From positions 1 to 64,000 of IMG/VR virus record IMGVR_UViG_2724679223_000002: DNA of 64,000 nt. The stretch is one strand, 5' to 3'. The position numbers and the translations under genes were made by a program. This DNA is from a virus (taxonomy: Duplodnaviria; Caudoviricetes). The notes beneath the pieces are model-generated. The model did no database searches and was not told the DNA's origin. It worked only from the letters and a program-made list of their open reading frames with translations. Below, one piece after another: positions 36,977 through 46,403 of the stretch; position 1 is the stretch's first letter; each line of letters begins with the position of its first letter.

Positions 36977-37132
36977 GCTTCTTTATTTTATATCCCACAT
37001 TTACATTTCAATCTGCTTCTATTATAAAAATTTTCTAGCTTATATTCTACCTTTACATTTCACTTTGTTTCTATTAAAAAAAATTGCAATTTTATACTCT
37101 ATATTTATATTTCAGTATGTTTCTATTAAGGT
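36977..37132 (-). CRISPR. Orphan degenerate mini CRISPR-like array (3 repeats, 22-nt spacers)
   Basis: 30-bp repeats at 36999-37028, 37051-37080, 37103-37132 (52-bp period); minus-strand consensus nnnTTAATAGAAACAnAnTGAAATGTAAAT. Confidence 0.7.
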
Positions 37133-37159
37133 TTCGCAGAGTATCTTTTTGCTACTTTC

Positions 37160-37188
37160 AATATAACACACCCAAAATTCAGTGTCAA
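37160..37188 (-). promoter_or_regulatory. Promoter of the mini-array
   Basis: TTGACA (37188-83), 17 bp, TG-n-TATATT (37165-60). Confidence 0.7.
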
Positions 37189-37221
37189 ATATTTTTTTAT
37201 AAAAAGAGTAAGCGATATAGC

Positions 37222-37491
37222 TTACCCTTTTCTGCAACCTAAGATATGTTCTCTGATTAACTGAATATCTTTTTTAATATCGACCATATTCGTTTGAATT
37301 GTAGATTCTAATTTTTCCACTTTTTTATCGATTTCTTTATCTCTTGCGTCACTCCATTCTCTAAAATTCTTGGTATCTCTATCATACAGTTCTTTATCTA
37401 ACTTCTTGTTAATCCAAGACATCAAGTATTTATGATAGCCAAAAATTGCTCCTCCGACTGTTAAAAACAATAGTAATGTTTCTTTTTCCAT
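37222..37491 (-). CDS. Single-TM coiled-coil lysis-module protein
   Basis: N-terminal TM helix. Confidence 0.55.
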   Translation of the reverse strand: MEKETLLLFLTVGGAIFGYHKYLMSWINKKLDKELYDRDTKNFREWSDARDKEIDKKVEKLESTIQTNMVDIKKDIQLIREHILGCRKG

Positions 37492-37883
37492 TATTCCCCC
37501 TTGTTGTATTTCGCTTCGACGTATGATTTGCTGAATCTACTTGCCGTTTTAGAACCAAATAGAAAACCGAACAATAATTTGACTGCTTCCGAAAATTCTT
37601 TATCCATTGGAATAATTGGCGTTTCTTTTCCTAGCAACACAAACCCTACCATGACCAGAAACATGATGATATGCATAAATAGCCAAGAAAGCATAATCAA
37701 AGGAATCACTCCATCACGGTTTTTTGTTCCCATTTTTTCCAGGAATGTTGCTTTTGCTTCCCAACTATCTACTTCAATTTGTGCCAATTTCGCTCTCGCT
37801 TCTAATTTGGCAGCCTCATTGGTAGGTAAGAATTTTCCAACCACTCCCATAATTGTTTCGATTGCCATTTCTGAAAGTTTCAT
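37491..37883 (-). CDS. Holin (3TM-like)
   Basis: Hydrophobic segments, GFLFGS near C-terminus. Confidence 0.6.
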   Translation of the reverse strand: MKLSEMAIETIMGVVGKFLPTNEAAKLEARAKLAQIEVDSWEAKATFLEKMGTKNRDGVIPLIMLSWLFMHIIMFLVMVGFVLLGKETPIIPMDKEFSEAVKLLFGFLFGSKTASRFSKSYVEAKYNKGE

Positions 37884-38011
37884 CTTCTTCCTCCTTTCGT
37901 AATAAAGCTCGCAATTGCACTAATAATAGGGGCAACTGCATAAATAATTCCGCATGTAAATCCTAATACAAAAGGACTACTGCTAACATATTGATAAAGA
38001 CGATCTATCAT
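37880..38011 (-). CDS. 43-aa membrane peptide MIDRLYQYV...KGGRR
   Basis: ATGA overlaps at both ends. Confidence 0.5.
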   Translation of the reverse strand: MIDRLYQYVSSSPFVLGFTCGIIYAVAPIISAIASFITKGGRR

Positions 38012-38586
38012 ATATCAACCTCCTTAATAAACTTCACAAAGAAATCTACCACATCGCTTTCTACAGAAAATTTCAAAGCTTCGTTGGGATTACTTCCAAA
38101 GAAAGGCTCCACTAGGATATAAGTATCTTTACTATGACAAATACCATAAGCTCCTCTTGTATTGTCATTTACCACCGGGATAATTCCATGCGTTTCTATG
38201 TATTTTCCCAATACCTTTCCCTGTTTTAGTCTAATTTTACTTCCAAAGGTATTTTGGAGCCTTGCCATGAACATGCTAGCCAATTCTTTCGCTTGCTCGT
38301 TTTTATGATAAACTAAGCATTCGCACCCATGTGCTTGACTTGCTCCCGCATTGTAATGAAGTTCTAAGCAATACTTATAGTTGTGCTTATTTAACTCTTG
38401 CAGGACTTCCCGCATTTCCTGCCCATAATATTGCTTTGGTTTTCTTTCGTAAATATCAACCAGTTCCGGTATCTCGGTTTTGATTTTTTCTGCGATCCGT
38501 TTCCAGTAATCGAATTCCGAGCCTACGATATTGGAATAGGCTCCTTTGCTTCTTTGATTATGTCCTATGATTAAAGCTATTTTCAT
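38008..38586 (-). CDS. Endolysin, N-acetylmuramoyl-L-alanine amidase (Amidase_3)
   Basis: IGH, SE, ELHYNA, ILVEPFF Zn motifs. Confidence 0.9.
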   Translation of the reverse strand: MKIALIIGHNQRSKGAYSNIVGSEFDYWKRIAEKIKTEIPELVDIYERKPKQYYGQEMREVLQELNKHNYKYCLELHYNAGASQAHGCECLVYHKNEQAKELASMFMARLQNTFGSKIRLKQGKVLGKYIETHGIIPVVNDNTRGAYGICHSKDTYILVEPFFGSNPNEALKFSVESDVVDFFVKFIKEVDI

Positions 38587-39263
38587 TTTTTCGCCTCCCA
38601 TGTAATTTTCTCAATTTGCTTTACCGTATTGGCTTGTTGTAGTTGTATTGCTAAAGATCCATATTCATTGAATATTTTTTCTTTTCTTAAAGCTCTTTCA
38701 TCTAATACATCTAAGAGTTGTGCATAAGTAAAAGTTTTGATAGAATTATCTGCTAATATCCAAGCCCTTGTATCTTCTTCTGTTTTTTTCTTTCTTCGAA
38801 TTGCTCTTGCGACATCTTCGAAGTTTTCTAAATCTTTTTCTCGAACTTGAAATAAAGACCCGTGAACTTCGATATTTTCAGAAATTTTTTGTTCTCGTAT
38901 GTGTTTCAATTCTTGCCTTTTTATTTCTCTTACTTCTTCTATATTCACTTCCCAAGTTTTCCCGTTCCATTTATGATATTTGCTTGGTTGTTCTATCATT
39001 TTGAATTCTTGCGTTTCTTCCTCGAAAATTTCCCCGATTTTTAACCGGTAAATTCCCTCTTGAAATAATCTGGTCTTACTTTTTTTCTGAATAGAGTTGC
39101 TCTCTATATCGTAATATACGAGGACTTCGTTATAACTATCTGCTTCAAAAATAATATATTCTTGTGGGTTTTCGACAGAAAACTCTTCATCAGCATTTAA
39201 AATTTTGAACGGAAATAACTTTCCTGTTTTAACTTCTTCTATTTTGAATATATATTTCTTCAT
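38583..39263 (-). CDS. Tail fibre-associated protein, DUF4376
   Basis: PSKYHKWNG, WILADNS. Confidence 0.7.
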   Translation of the reverse strand: MKKYIFKIEEVKTGKLFPFKILNADEEFSVENPQEYIIFEADSYNEVLVYYDIESNSIQKKSKTRLFQEGIYRLKIGEIFEEETQEFKMIEQPSKYHKWNGKTWEVNIEEVREIKRQELKHIREQKISENIEVHGSLFQVREKDLENFEDVARAIRRKKKTEEDTRAWILADNSIKTFTYAQLLDVLDERALRKEKIFNEYGSLAIQLQQANTVKQIEKITWEAKK

Positions 39264-39278
39264 TTCTTCAACTCCCTT

Positions 39279-40094
39279 TTACCATATTTTAATTCTAAGA
39301 GTTTGCTCTTTTTTATCTTTTATTACTCGTGAAAGTGCAGTACTATATACTTCGTATCTAGTTGTAATTAACCAGTTTTTCGTCATTTTTAATTGGGTAC
39401 TATCAATTTCGATATTTATTTCAGAGGGATAGGTATTTGAGTTCCCAGTTTTTTCTTTGAGGTCTATCGTAACGTAATTGTATCTTGTGTATACAGCCAT
39501 TAGATTAAGGTTTTTAAATGTTTTAGGAGTTATATCCCCAACCCCATCCACATATCCAAAGGATTTACCTGTTTCTCCTACTGTTAAAATATACTCATCC
39601 GTATTTTTTAAAGGTTCATTTTCAACTTCTTCTATTAAAATATTAAAACGTCCAGAAAAAGATTGCTCAATTAATATCGGTGGTTTATTTTTATCTAAAA
39701 CGAATTGCGTATCTGATTCTTTTTTTATATATAATTTAGTACCATTTTCAAAAGCAATAACAAGATTTTCGTAAGGAACTTTTGAATCGAATATACAATC
39801 GACAGTCCCTCCCCCGAAGTACAAACTTTTAAGTAGATAATCTCTTTCTTCCAAGACTATAAATATGTTCTGTGCGTACAGATACATTTCGGTGACTACT
39901 GCATTATATGGATATTTCGTAGGAACGGAAGCATAACTTTTCCCCCAAAAATCATTGGGAAGGACAACTTGCCCTGAGGTTTTCCCTGCTAACGTTAAGA
40001 CATCTTGGTCGTTGAAAGAGATTTGCTTCCCTTCTTTTCCCAATTCTTTCGCAATATCTTTAAGCGATATTCTTCCACTACTGTTTAATGACAT
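39279..40094 (-). CDS. Putative receptor-binding adhesin (gp38-like N-terminus)
   Basis: MSLNSSGRISLKDI..ELG...ISFND.DV..LAG...DFWGKS after an S74-bearing fibre. Confidence 0.55.
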   Translation of the reverse strand: MSLNSSGRISLKDIAKELGKEGKQISFNDQDVLTLAGKTSGQVVLPNDFWGKSYASVPTKYPYNAVVTEMYLYAQNIFIVLEERDYLLKSLYFGGGTVDCIFDSKVPYENLVIAFENGTKLYIKKESDTQFVLDKNKPPILIEQSFSGRFNILIEEVENEPLKNTDEYILTVGETGKSFGYVDGVGDITPKTFKNLNLMAVYTRYNYVTIDLKEKTGNSNTYPSEINIEIDSTQLKMTKNWLITTRYEVYSTALSRVIKDKKEQTLRIKIW

Positions 40095-41706
40095 CTTCCA
40101 GCACCTCGATTCTCTTTAGCAATTCCTTATTTGCTTCTATCAATAACCCTACCATATTTCCATATGCTACGGATAAATATCCGTTCTCTGTTTCTCGAAC
40201 AGCTTCAGGAAGTGCTTTCTGAACTTCTTGTGCAATGACTCCTACGTGCCTCTCTTTATTCATAGTGAAAGTGTATCCATTTAATTTTTTTAGAATTTTC
40301 AATGGGTTTTGTATTTTCTCAATATTTTGTTTTAATCTTTTATCTGAAAGACCTGTCACTGTTCCTTGTGCTAAAATATCTCCACTTGCAGTAATGTTCT
40401 GAAAACTAACCGAAGTATCTTGTTTCGCAAAAGACAATCCTAAACTTTGTGGGATATATAGCCTGTCTGCTTGGTTTTGTGACAATAATTCATCATGTGA
40501 ATGCTTGTTTCGAGCATATCTTTTATCCGATTGTCCCTTGTCATAGTAATTCGATAAATCTGCTGTGATATCGGGGGACACTTGCCCCCTTAATTTAATC
40601 CCATATACTTTGTAAGTTCCGCTAGAAGTCATTACAATTCTATCGTCCTGTACTTCTCCACTTGCATACCAAAATTTGAAATTTGCTCCTATTTTTGCGG
40701 GAATGGTTGCCGTTTGTTGAGTGTTTTGGATTTGTAAAAATTGGTAATTTCCTAATGGTTTCCCAAATACCAGATTACTGGAATTCCCGTTAAAAATTTC
40801 TTCGAATTCAATTTTTAAAGGACTTGCCGTACTACCACTACCAGAAGATTGCGGTACGGTAAAACTTATATTTTCACGGGTAGAGTTTGTTAAATCAAAA
40901 TGCAAAGTTACTGTTTCCTCTTCTTGACTAGAGGAAATTCCTAAAATTCCAATACCGTCCTTTCCATGTTTTCCTGCAACGGTAGGAATGTCTACTTCTG
41001 TGCTTTGCCCGTCTCCATATTCTAATCGCACCCGGTTGTTATCTATTGCGGTAACCGATATGATTCCAACTCCTCTATCTCCTTTCTGTCCTCGTGGACC
41101 TGTAAGACCTTTCTCGCCTTGTACCCCTTGTGGACCTCGTTCTCCTGTAAATCCTCTAGGACCTTGTTCTCCAATCGGTCCTCTTTCTCCCGGTTCTCCT
41201 TTTTCCCCTTTTTCTCCTTTTAACTTGCTTTTTTCTTTTTGGATATAGTTTCTAAGTTCTTCCTTAATAGTTTCCCCTTCTGCTGAAATTGAGGATGTAG
41301 TTACTTCAATCGCTTGGGTAATAGCTTCTTCTACTTGCGTATTGCTGAACGGCTCTCCGAGCTTCGTTTCTTTCGTTTTAATGATAATATCTTCCAACGT
41401 TACCCGATCGCTGCCGTTGATTAACGTAATTCTTAATGTTGTCCAACCATTGACCGTAAAGCAACTATAATGAATCGGAAATGTTACCTCATTTTTCCCG
41501 GTAATTTTTACCGTTTCTGCGGAATATTGCCCATTGGGAAGTAAGTATTTACATTCTAAATTCTTCCCTTGCAAACTATTTTCTCCAAACATATATAGAA
41601 ATTGTAAATGAATATGCGGTAGTCCTTTATCCCCAGTCGCGAATGTATGACCGTCTACCACTTCACAACGGTTAGAGTGGACTAACACATTTGTAATATG
41701 TCGCAT
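40078..41706 (-). CDS. Tail fibre: BppU-like N-terminus, collagen repeats, C-terminal S74 chaperone
   Basis: About 16 Gly-X-Y triplets; LSDKRLKQNI, GVIAQEV, SVAYGNMVGLL. Confidence 0.85.
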   Translation of the reverse strand: MRHITNVLVHSNRCEVVDGHTFATGDKGLPHIHLQFLYMFGENSLQGKNLECKYLLPNGQYSAETVKITGKNEVTFPIHYSCFTVNGWTTLRITLINGSDRVTLEDIIIKTKETKLGEPFSNTQVEEAITQAIEVTTSSISAEGETIKEELRNYIQKEKSKLKGEKGEKGEPGERGPIGEQGPRGFTGERGPQGVQGEKGLTGPRGQKGDRGVGIISVTAIDNNRVRLEYGDGQSTEVDIPTVAGKHGKDGIGILGISSSQEEETVTLHFDLTNSTRENISFTVPQSSGSGSTASPLKIEFEEIFNGNSSNLVFGKPLGNYQFLQIQNTQQTATIPAKIGANFKFWYASGEVQDDRIVMTSSGTYKVYGIKLRGQVSPDITADLSNYYDKGQSDKRYARNKHSHDELLSQNQADRLYIPQSLGLSFAKQDTSVSFQNITASGDILAQGTVTGLSDKRLKQNIEKIQNPLKILKKLNGYTFTMNKERHVGVIAQEVQKALPEAVRETENGYLSVAYGNMVGLLIEANKELLKRIEVLEDVIKQ

Positions 41707-41716
41707 ATTTCCCCTC

Positions 41717-42334
41717 CTAATTTGCTAACGCCTGATGAATTTCTCTTCTTTTTTCTTCAAACTCTTCCTTTGTAACAATTTTCAATTCTTCCAAAGTTTT
41801 AAAATAGTTTTCTGTATCGTAAACAGACTGTACAAAGGTAGTTCCGTAAAGCATTAAGATTCCTAACTCCTGTAATCCTGCTTCCATTCCATAATTGTCA
41901 GAAAAATACCAAGTTACTTTTTTTTCTTTTCCCAATGCTTTTGCCGTTTGCAAAGAAACGATGTTTGCTACCATATATGCCACATCTTTATCTCTGCATT
42001 TTTGTCTATGTCCTTGATAATCAAACCCATATTCCAATATCTCGGCTTTAATTTTGTCGATGTTTTTTTCACAAAAGGCTTGAAAACCCTCTTTGTCTAC
42101 TACTTGCCATTGTCCTTTGATTTTTCGATGAAATGGGCTAGGCTTTTCTTTAGCACTGTAAAATACATCATACTGAGAATCGTATTCCCAATCACTCGGA
42201 ATACCCTCTCCCTCATATTCCAGTAATTCCCCAAAGTTTGTAATTTCTTTGTAGTTAGGAATGGCAGTAGGCACCTCAAATAACACTTCTGCAACTCCTT
42301 GTTTTAATCTCTCTTTTTTCAAATAGTAAAACAT
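41717..42334 (-). CDS. Tail-associated protein
   Basis: Synteny; DUF4376-like C-terminal half. Confidence 0.5.
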   Translation of the reverse strand: MFYYLKKERLKQGVAEVLFEVPTAIPNYKEITNFGELLEYEGEGIPSDWEYDSQYDVFYSAKEKPSPFHRKIKGQWQVVDKEGFQAFCEKNIDKIKAEILEYGFDYQGHRQKCRDKDVAYMVANIVSLQTAKALGKEKKVTWYFSDNYGMEAGLQELGILMLYGTTFVQSVYDTENYFKTLEELKIVTKEEFEEKRREIHQALAN

Positions 42335-42342
42335 ATCTCCTC

Positions 42343-45300
42343 CTAATCTACTTCCATTGCAATATAACTAACCTCTCCTTCTCCTTGCACTTCTCCAAGT
42401 TTGGAAGTGTCAGATACTGCTGTAATCTCTATAGAATTAACCCAATCGTGGCTCGATGGAATCTCGAATGTGGCAGTATATTTGTCAAAATACCCATATT
42501 TTCCTATAGAATTTACTTTTGTTACTTTCACTTCGTAAGTTACATCCGTTCTTTCTTCATAAACTCGCTGAATTTGAAGTGGAAATTCAATATAGGATTC
42601 ACTCCACCATTGCGTATGTCCACGATCCTGTCTCAATTCTTTATGGAAGATACTTCTAATTTCTACTACTTTTTCAAGTAACAATACCTTAGTTTTATCT
42701 TTTCTTGTGATAATTACTCGTACAGATGGACGTTCTATCATGTAGTGGTCATCTCCGCGTGCATATAGATACTCGCTCGTATGATATACATTTAAATTGA
42801 TTTTCACATGAGTCAATGTTGTTAAAACGCAATTTTCTATCGTATACGTATTTCCAATTTTAGTAACCGGATTTCCATGAACATAATCTTCATTACTTCC
42901 CCCTAGAAAAAACTGATACACGGATTCTTTAATGTTCGACGCATAGCAAAATACGCTTGCCATATTCTTCCCAAAGTTTGCTGATTTAATAGAAGCCATG
43001 ACAAACATCGGTTGTATAAATCCATCAAATGTCACAATTCCTTTTCCTTTGCTGTCAGTGAAAACGCTACCATGACGAATGTTTCTGATTCTCGTCAATC
43101 GTTTTCCGTCTCTATGAAAATCAATCGTTCCATTTGCAATCGTGATAACCTCATTGCTTCCTCGTGAAACGAACCGAGCTGCCCCGTCAAATGTCGTATT
43201 TGCAGTGATGACAAAGTTTCCTTTTTGTAAAGCCCCTTGTACTGTATCGATTTTTTCGCTTGTTTGTGTCTTAAATGAAGCAACATCTTCAATTGTTTCT
43301 TGATACCGTCCTTGTAAAGCTGTCCATTTCTTATCTGAATTCACTAACTGTGCATTAATTTCTTGTTTTGCAGCATTCATTTTTTCTTCTAAATCCCGCT
43401 TATTCTCACTATCCGCATGAGCTAGATTGCTGATATTTCTATCCACATTTGATAATTTTTCTGACAACTCCTCCCCGTTTACCGTTTGTTGTAAACTTCC
43501 GTTTCGAAATATAAAACGATTGGGACTTGCTTCATCTCCAAGTGCGAAAATTACATCTTTCCATTTCTCATCTTTAACATCTGTTACTCCTAACAGTATT
43601 TGAGAATTTACCTGACTGGGATTCGCCGGGTCTTTGATGTTCAGTGCAACCCTATTATTTGGATTTTCCGCCTCGAATTGACCTAATTTATCGAATGTTA
43701 CATGAGCCAACTCTCCGTTTGAGCTCCCGAATTTCTCGCCCCCATTTACCAAATACGCTCCCACTTTATCTGCGGTTCCTTGTAGTTTGATAACATTTCC
43801 GTCCAAGCTGTTATACATCTTCATAGACGGAAGTATTTCTTTTTCTGAAATTGGATTCCATACACCATTGTAAAACTTCTTCCATTCGTTCGTATCAGGA
43901 TTCAACCAAATGTCATTCTCTTCCACGTTTTCTGTAGGGACTTTGTTCATTTTATGAAGCTTAGAGCGAACATCTCTATCTAGCTTTTTTAGCTCTCCGT
44001 TTTGTTTTTTGAGTTCTTCTTCCACCGGTCGTAAATCAATGTAACTTTCTTTTGGATTCCCGGATAACTTGGAAGTAATTTTCACACTCCCTAACTCTTC
44101 TTTGACCGAAATTCCTTGAATATCCATACGGAATACTCCGGGTCTTAGATTGATAGAAATATTTGTAATTTCAATCACGGTGTGAATATCTTCCAAGTCC
44201 AAGCCATATACTCCGCCAACTTCAATCTGATGAAGAAATGGAGTTTTGAATTGGTATTCTGCATGATTGACAACCCCTCTTCGCATTGCCTTTTTCGCCA
44301 AGAACTTTGCTTGTTCACTTGTTTGGATAAATTTATTCTTACTAGAAGTGATGAAATTTTCTTGATGTTTTTCCAGAACATTAGGAAACATCACGTTGAC
44401 CTCATTGTCCGAATACATAGATAGAGGAACGCCTTTTATCTCAAAATTATCCACGTATAGCTTATATGGTAACGGATTATAGAATTTCACTTCCGCTCCC
44501 GTTTCTTTCCATGATACTTTTTTGTAGTGAACATTTTCCTCCAAAGTAATATCCACTTTAGAGCTTGGGTCATCTGTCGTGAAATAATACCCGGTTGCTT
44601 TTGTCAATGCCGGATTGGATACCGCTGATGTAATAAAACTTATCCTCATCGTCGGAACTTCCGTATCCGGATTGGTATTTGGCTCTGTTATTATCTTTTT
44701 TTGTAGATTAAATACCACTTGATTGTCTAATTTTTCATATCTATCGTAAACAAGCCGTATCCCGTTCTGTAGAACCTCTTTTTCAATTTCTTCTAAGCTA
44801 GTAATAATATTAGTCCTGTTAAACGAGAAAGCGTGGTTAATCGTTAAATTACGAGGTCGATAGAATAACTTTTTATTCTTTACATATAAAATTCCGTCAC
44901 TTGCTTCAATGAAAGCTTGTAATTTATCAATCCACCTGGAATTCTCTTCTAAATACACAAAAGGCAATCGGATTAGGCTGCCATTCTCAAACGCAACCGA
45001 TTGAAAATCCAGTTCCTCTTCCCGAAATCCTAAAGCACTTGCTATTTTATGTAGTAAAGAATTGTGTTTGTCATTTGTATTACATAAGTAAAGATCATAA
45101 AATGTTTGACTTTCAGGAACTACTTTCTCAAATAGCCGGTTATAGCTATCTTTGACTGTGTATTCCCATACTTCCAAACCGGTATAGGATTTTGTTCTAC
45201 GTGGAATGTTTGCTTCTCCTTGCAAGGTATAAAGTACATTTCCCACATCGTCCAAAATTTCTATCTTAATTTCATTTCCTTTATTGATTTTCTTTTTTTC

Positions 45301-45450
45301 TAGTTGAAACCTAGCTTCCATAGAGGAGATGAGATTGGATTGTGGAAGCGTGATGTTACATTCCGATACCCAATCCTGCAACTCTTCCATAGTTGATAGG
45401 TTGGTAATTCTAGCGGTATATCCTTGATACCGCAATGTTGATAGTTGCAT
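42343..45450 (-). CDS. Large tail/baseplate protein
   Basis: About 1035 aa; DIWLNPDT motif, coiled coil; start 45450 after AGGAGG. Confidence 0.65.
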   Translation of the reverse strand: MQLSTLRYQGYTARITNLSTMEELQDWVSECNITLPQSNLISSMEARFQLEKKKINKGNEIKIEILDDVGNVLYTLQGEANIPRRTKSYTGLEVWEYTVKDSYNRLFEKVVPESQTFYDLYLCNTNDKHNSLLHKIASALGFREEELDFQSVAFENGSLIRLPFVYLEENSRWIDKLQAFIEASDGILYVKNKKLFYRPRNLTINHAFSFNRTNIITSLEEIEKEVLQNGIRLVYDRYEKLDNQVVFNLQKKIITEPNTNPDTEVPTMRISFITSAVSNPALTKATGYYFTTDDPSSKVDITLEENVHYKKVSWKETGAEVKFYNPLPYKLYVDNFEIKGVPLSMYSDNEVNVMFPNVLEKHQENFITSSKNKFIQTSEQAKFLAKKAMRRGVVNHAEYQFKTPFLHQIEVGGVYGLDLEDIHTVIEITNISINLRPGVFRMDIQGISVKEELGSVKITSKLSGNPKESYIDLRPVEEELKKQNGELKKLDRDVRSKLHKMNKVPTENVEENDIWLNPDTNEWKKFYNGVWNPISEKEILPSMKMYNSLDGNVIKLQGTADKVGAYLVNGGEKFGSSNGELAHVTFDKLGQFEAENPNNRVALNIKDPANPSQVNSQILLGVTDVKDEKWKDVIFALGDEASPNRFIFRNGSLQQTVNGEELSEKLSNVDRNISNLAHADSENKRDLEEKMNAAKQEINAQLVNSDKKWTALQGRYQETIEDVASFKTQTSEKIDTVQGALQKGNFVITANTTFDGAARFVSRGSNEVITIANGTIDFHRDGKRLTRIRNIRHGSVFTDSKGKGIVTFDGFIQPMFVMASIKSANFGKNMASVFCYASNIKESVYQFFLGGSNEDYVHGNPVTKIGNTYTIENCVLTTLTHVKINLNVYHTSEYLYARGDDHYMIERPSVRVIITRKDKTKVLLLEKVVEIRSIFHKELRQDRGHTQWWSESYIEFPLQIQRVYEERTDVTYEVKVTKVNSIGKYGYFDKYTATFEIPSSHDWVNSIEITAVSDTSKLGEVQGEGEVSYIAMEVD

Positions 45451-45523
45451 ATTTCCTCCTATCTTGATTTTCTCCCTCAAAAAAGTTATATATAGTATTG
45501 CCGAAGTACGAAAGGAGAACTAT

Positions 45524-45781
45524 ATGGATGATAATTCTTTGGAAAATCAAGAACTGTTGAATAAAACAATTAAAAATTTTTTAAAAAAATACAATAAAGC
45601 TCCATTACTTAAAACAACAGAAACAGATCACGGAATAAAAACTGAAATTTTCGTAACTGCATATCAGTATCCTATTTCTGTCGGTTTTCGTTATGTTTCA
45701 AACTTAACCATGAATAATGATTATGTGATATGTGCATTAGAAGCATTTAAAAATTTAGATTTATCCTTGTTACAAGAATAA
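45524..45781 (+). CDS. Counter-oriented moron flanked by 13-bp inverted repeats
   Basis: RBS AAGGAG; ATTGCCGAAGTAC (45497-509) / GTACTTCGGCAAT (45796-808). Confidence 0.55.
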   Translation: MDDNSLENQELLNKTIKNFLKKYNKAPLLKTTETDHGIKTEIFVTAYQYPISVGFRYVSNLTMNNDYVICALEAFKNLDLSLLQE

Positions 45782-46206
45782 ACTTTAAAGCTACAGTACT
45801 TCGGCAATTCTACCACTCTTGCTTTTACGAACTCTTTTGTCAGTTCTGCAACTTCTTTGTATGTAAACTCCAATTCTTGCATTTTCTTCTTAAATGCTTC
45901 TATTTCTAATAAGAATTCTTCCATTTCTGAGCTTATTTTTTTATCAGTACAACAGGAATTTTTGATTTTTGTATCATGTTCAACTTTATTTTGAACGTAT
46001 CCCGAATTTTCTACATAACAAAATATAGCTCCAATTTCTTTTCCAAAAGCCTTTTCCAATTCTTCCAGTTCTTCTTTACTTAAAACCATATTAGTCAAAC
46101 ACTTTTCGTTAACTTCCATTATTTCATTTCTTGATAAAATCAAAGTTTTTATTTCTCCGGCGTTATCTTTATATGAAATTCTTGTTACAATTGTTTTCTT
46201 CTCCAT
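45721..46206 (-). CDS. Hypothetical protein
   Basis: RBS AGGAGG. Confidence 0.5.
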   Translation of the reverse strand: MEKKTIVTRISYKDNAGEIKTLILSRNEIMEVNEKCLTNMVLSKEELEELEKAFGKEIGAIFCYVENSGYVQNKVEHDTKIKNSCCTDKKISSEMEEFLLEIEAFKKKMQELEFTYKEVAELTKEFVKARVVELPKYCSFKVYSCNKDKSKFLNASNAHIT

Positions 46207-46215
46207 GTTTACCTC

Positions 46216-46368
46216 CTATATAAATTCTTTTATTGCCCATAAAAATAGAAGTAGAAAATAATATCCAAAAGCTAATAAATCAATGGAGATGTTAATATTA
46301 AATTGTTTGCATAATTTATTTCCAAAGAATATAAACAGTAACATCTCTATAACTTGTTGACCTCCCAT
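46216..46368 (-). CDS. 50-aa two-TM peptide MGGQQVIEML...KEFI
   Basis: RBS AGGAGG; translated by hand. Confidence 0.45.
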   Translation of the reverse strand: MGGQQVIEMLLFIFFGNKLCKQFNINISIDLLAFGYYFLLLFLWAIKEFI

Positions 46369-46403
46369 TTTCTTCCTCCTATCCGGGAGAGGAACCCCTC
46401 TCC

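Noticed and set aside
36977-37132. 52-bp repeats read as transposase-binding end sites or as the 65-aa ORF 36969..37166
   Set aside because: Framing by promoter and terminator and the I-B-like 3' end favour an RNA; the shared operator suggests prophage 2 continues past it; the ORF is low-complexity without RBS. The DNA-site reading is disfavoured, not excluded
41070-41220. Short-period DNA repeats
   Set aside because: Explained by collagen Gly-X-Y codons in the tail fibre
38583-45450. Diversity-generating retroelement acting on tail genes
   Set aside because: No reverse transcriptase and no template/variable repeat pair seen
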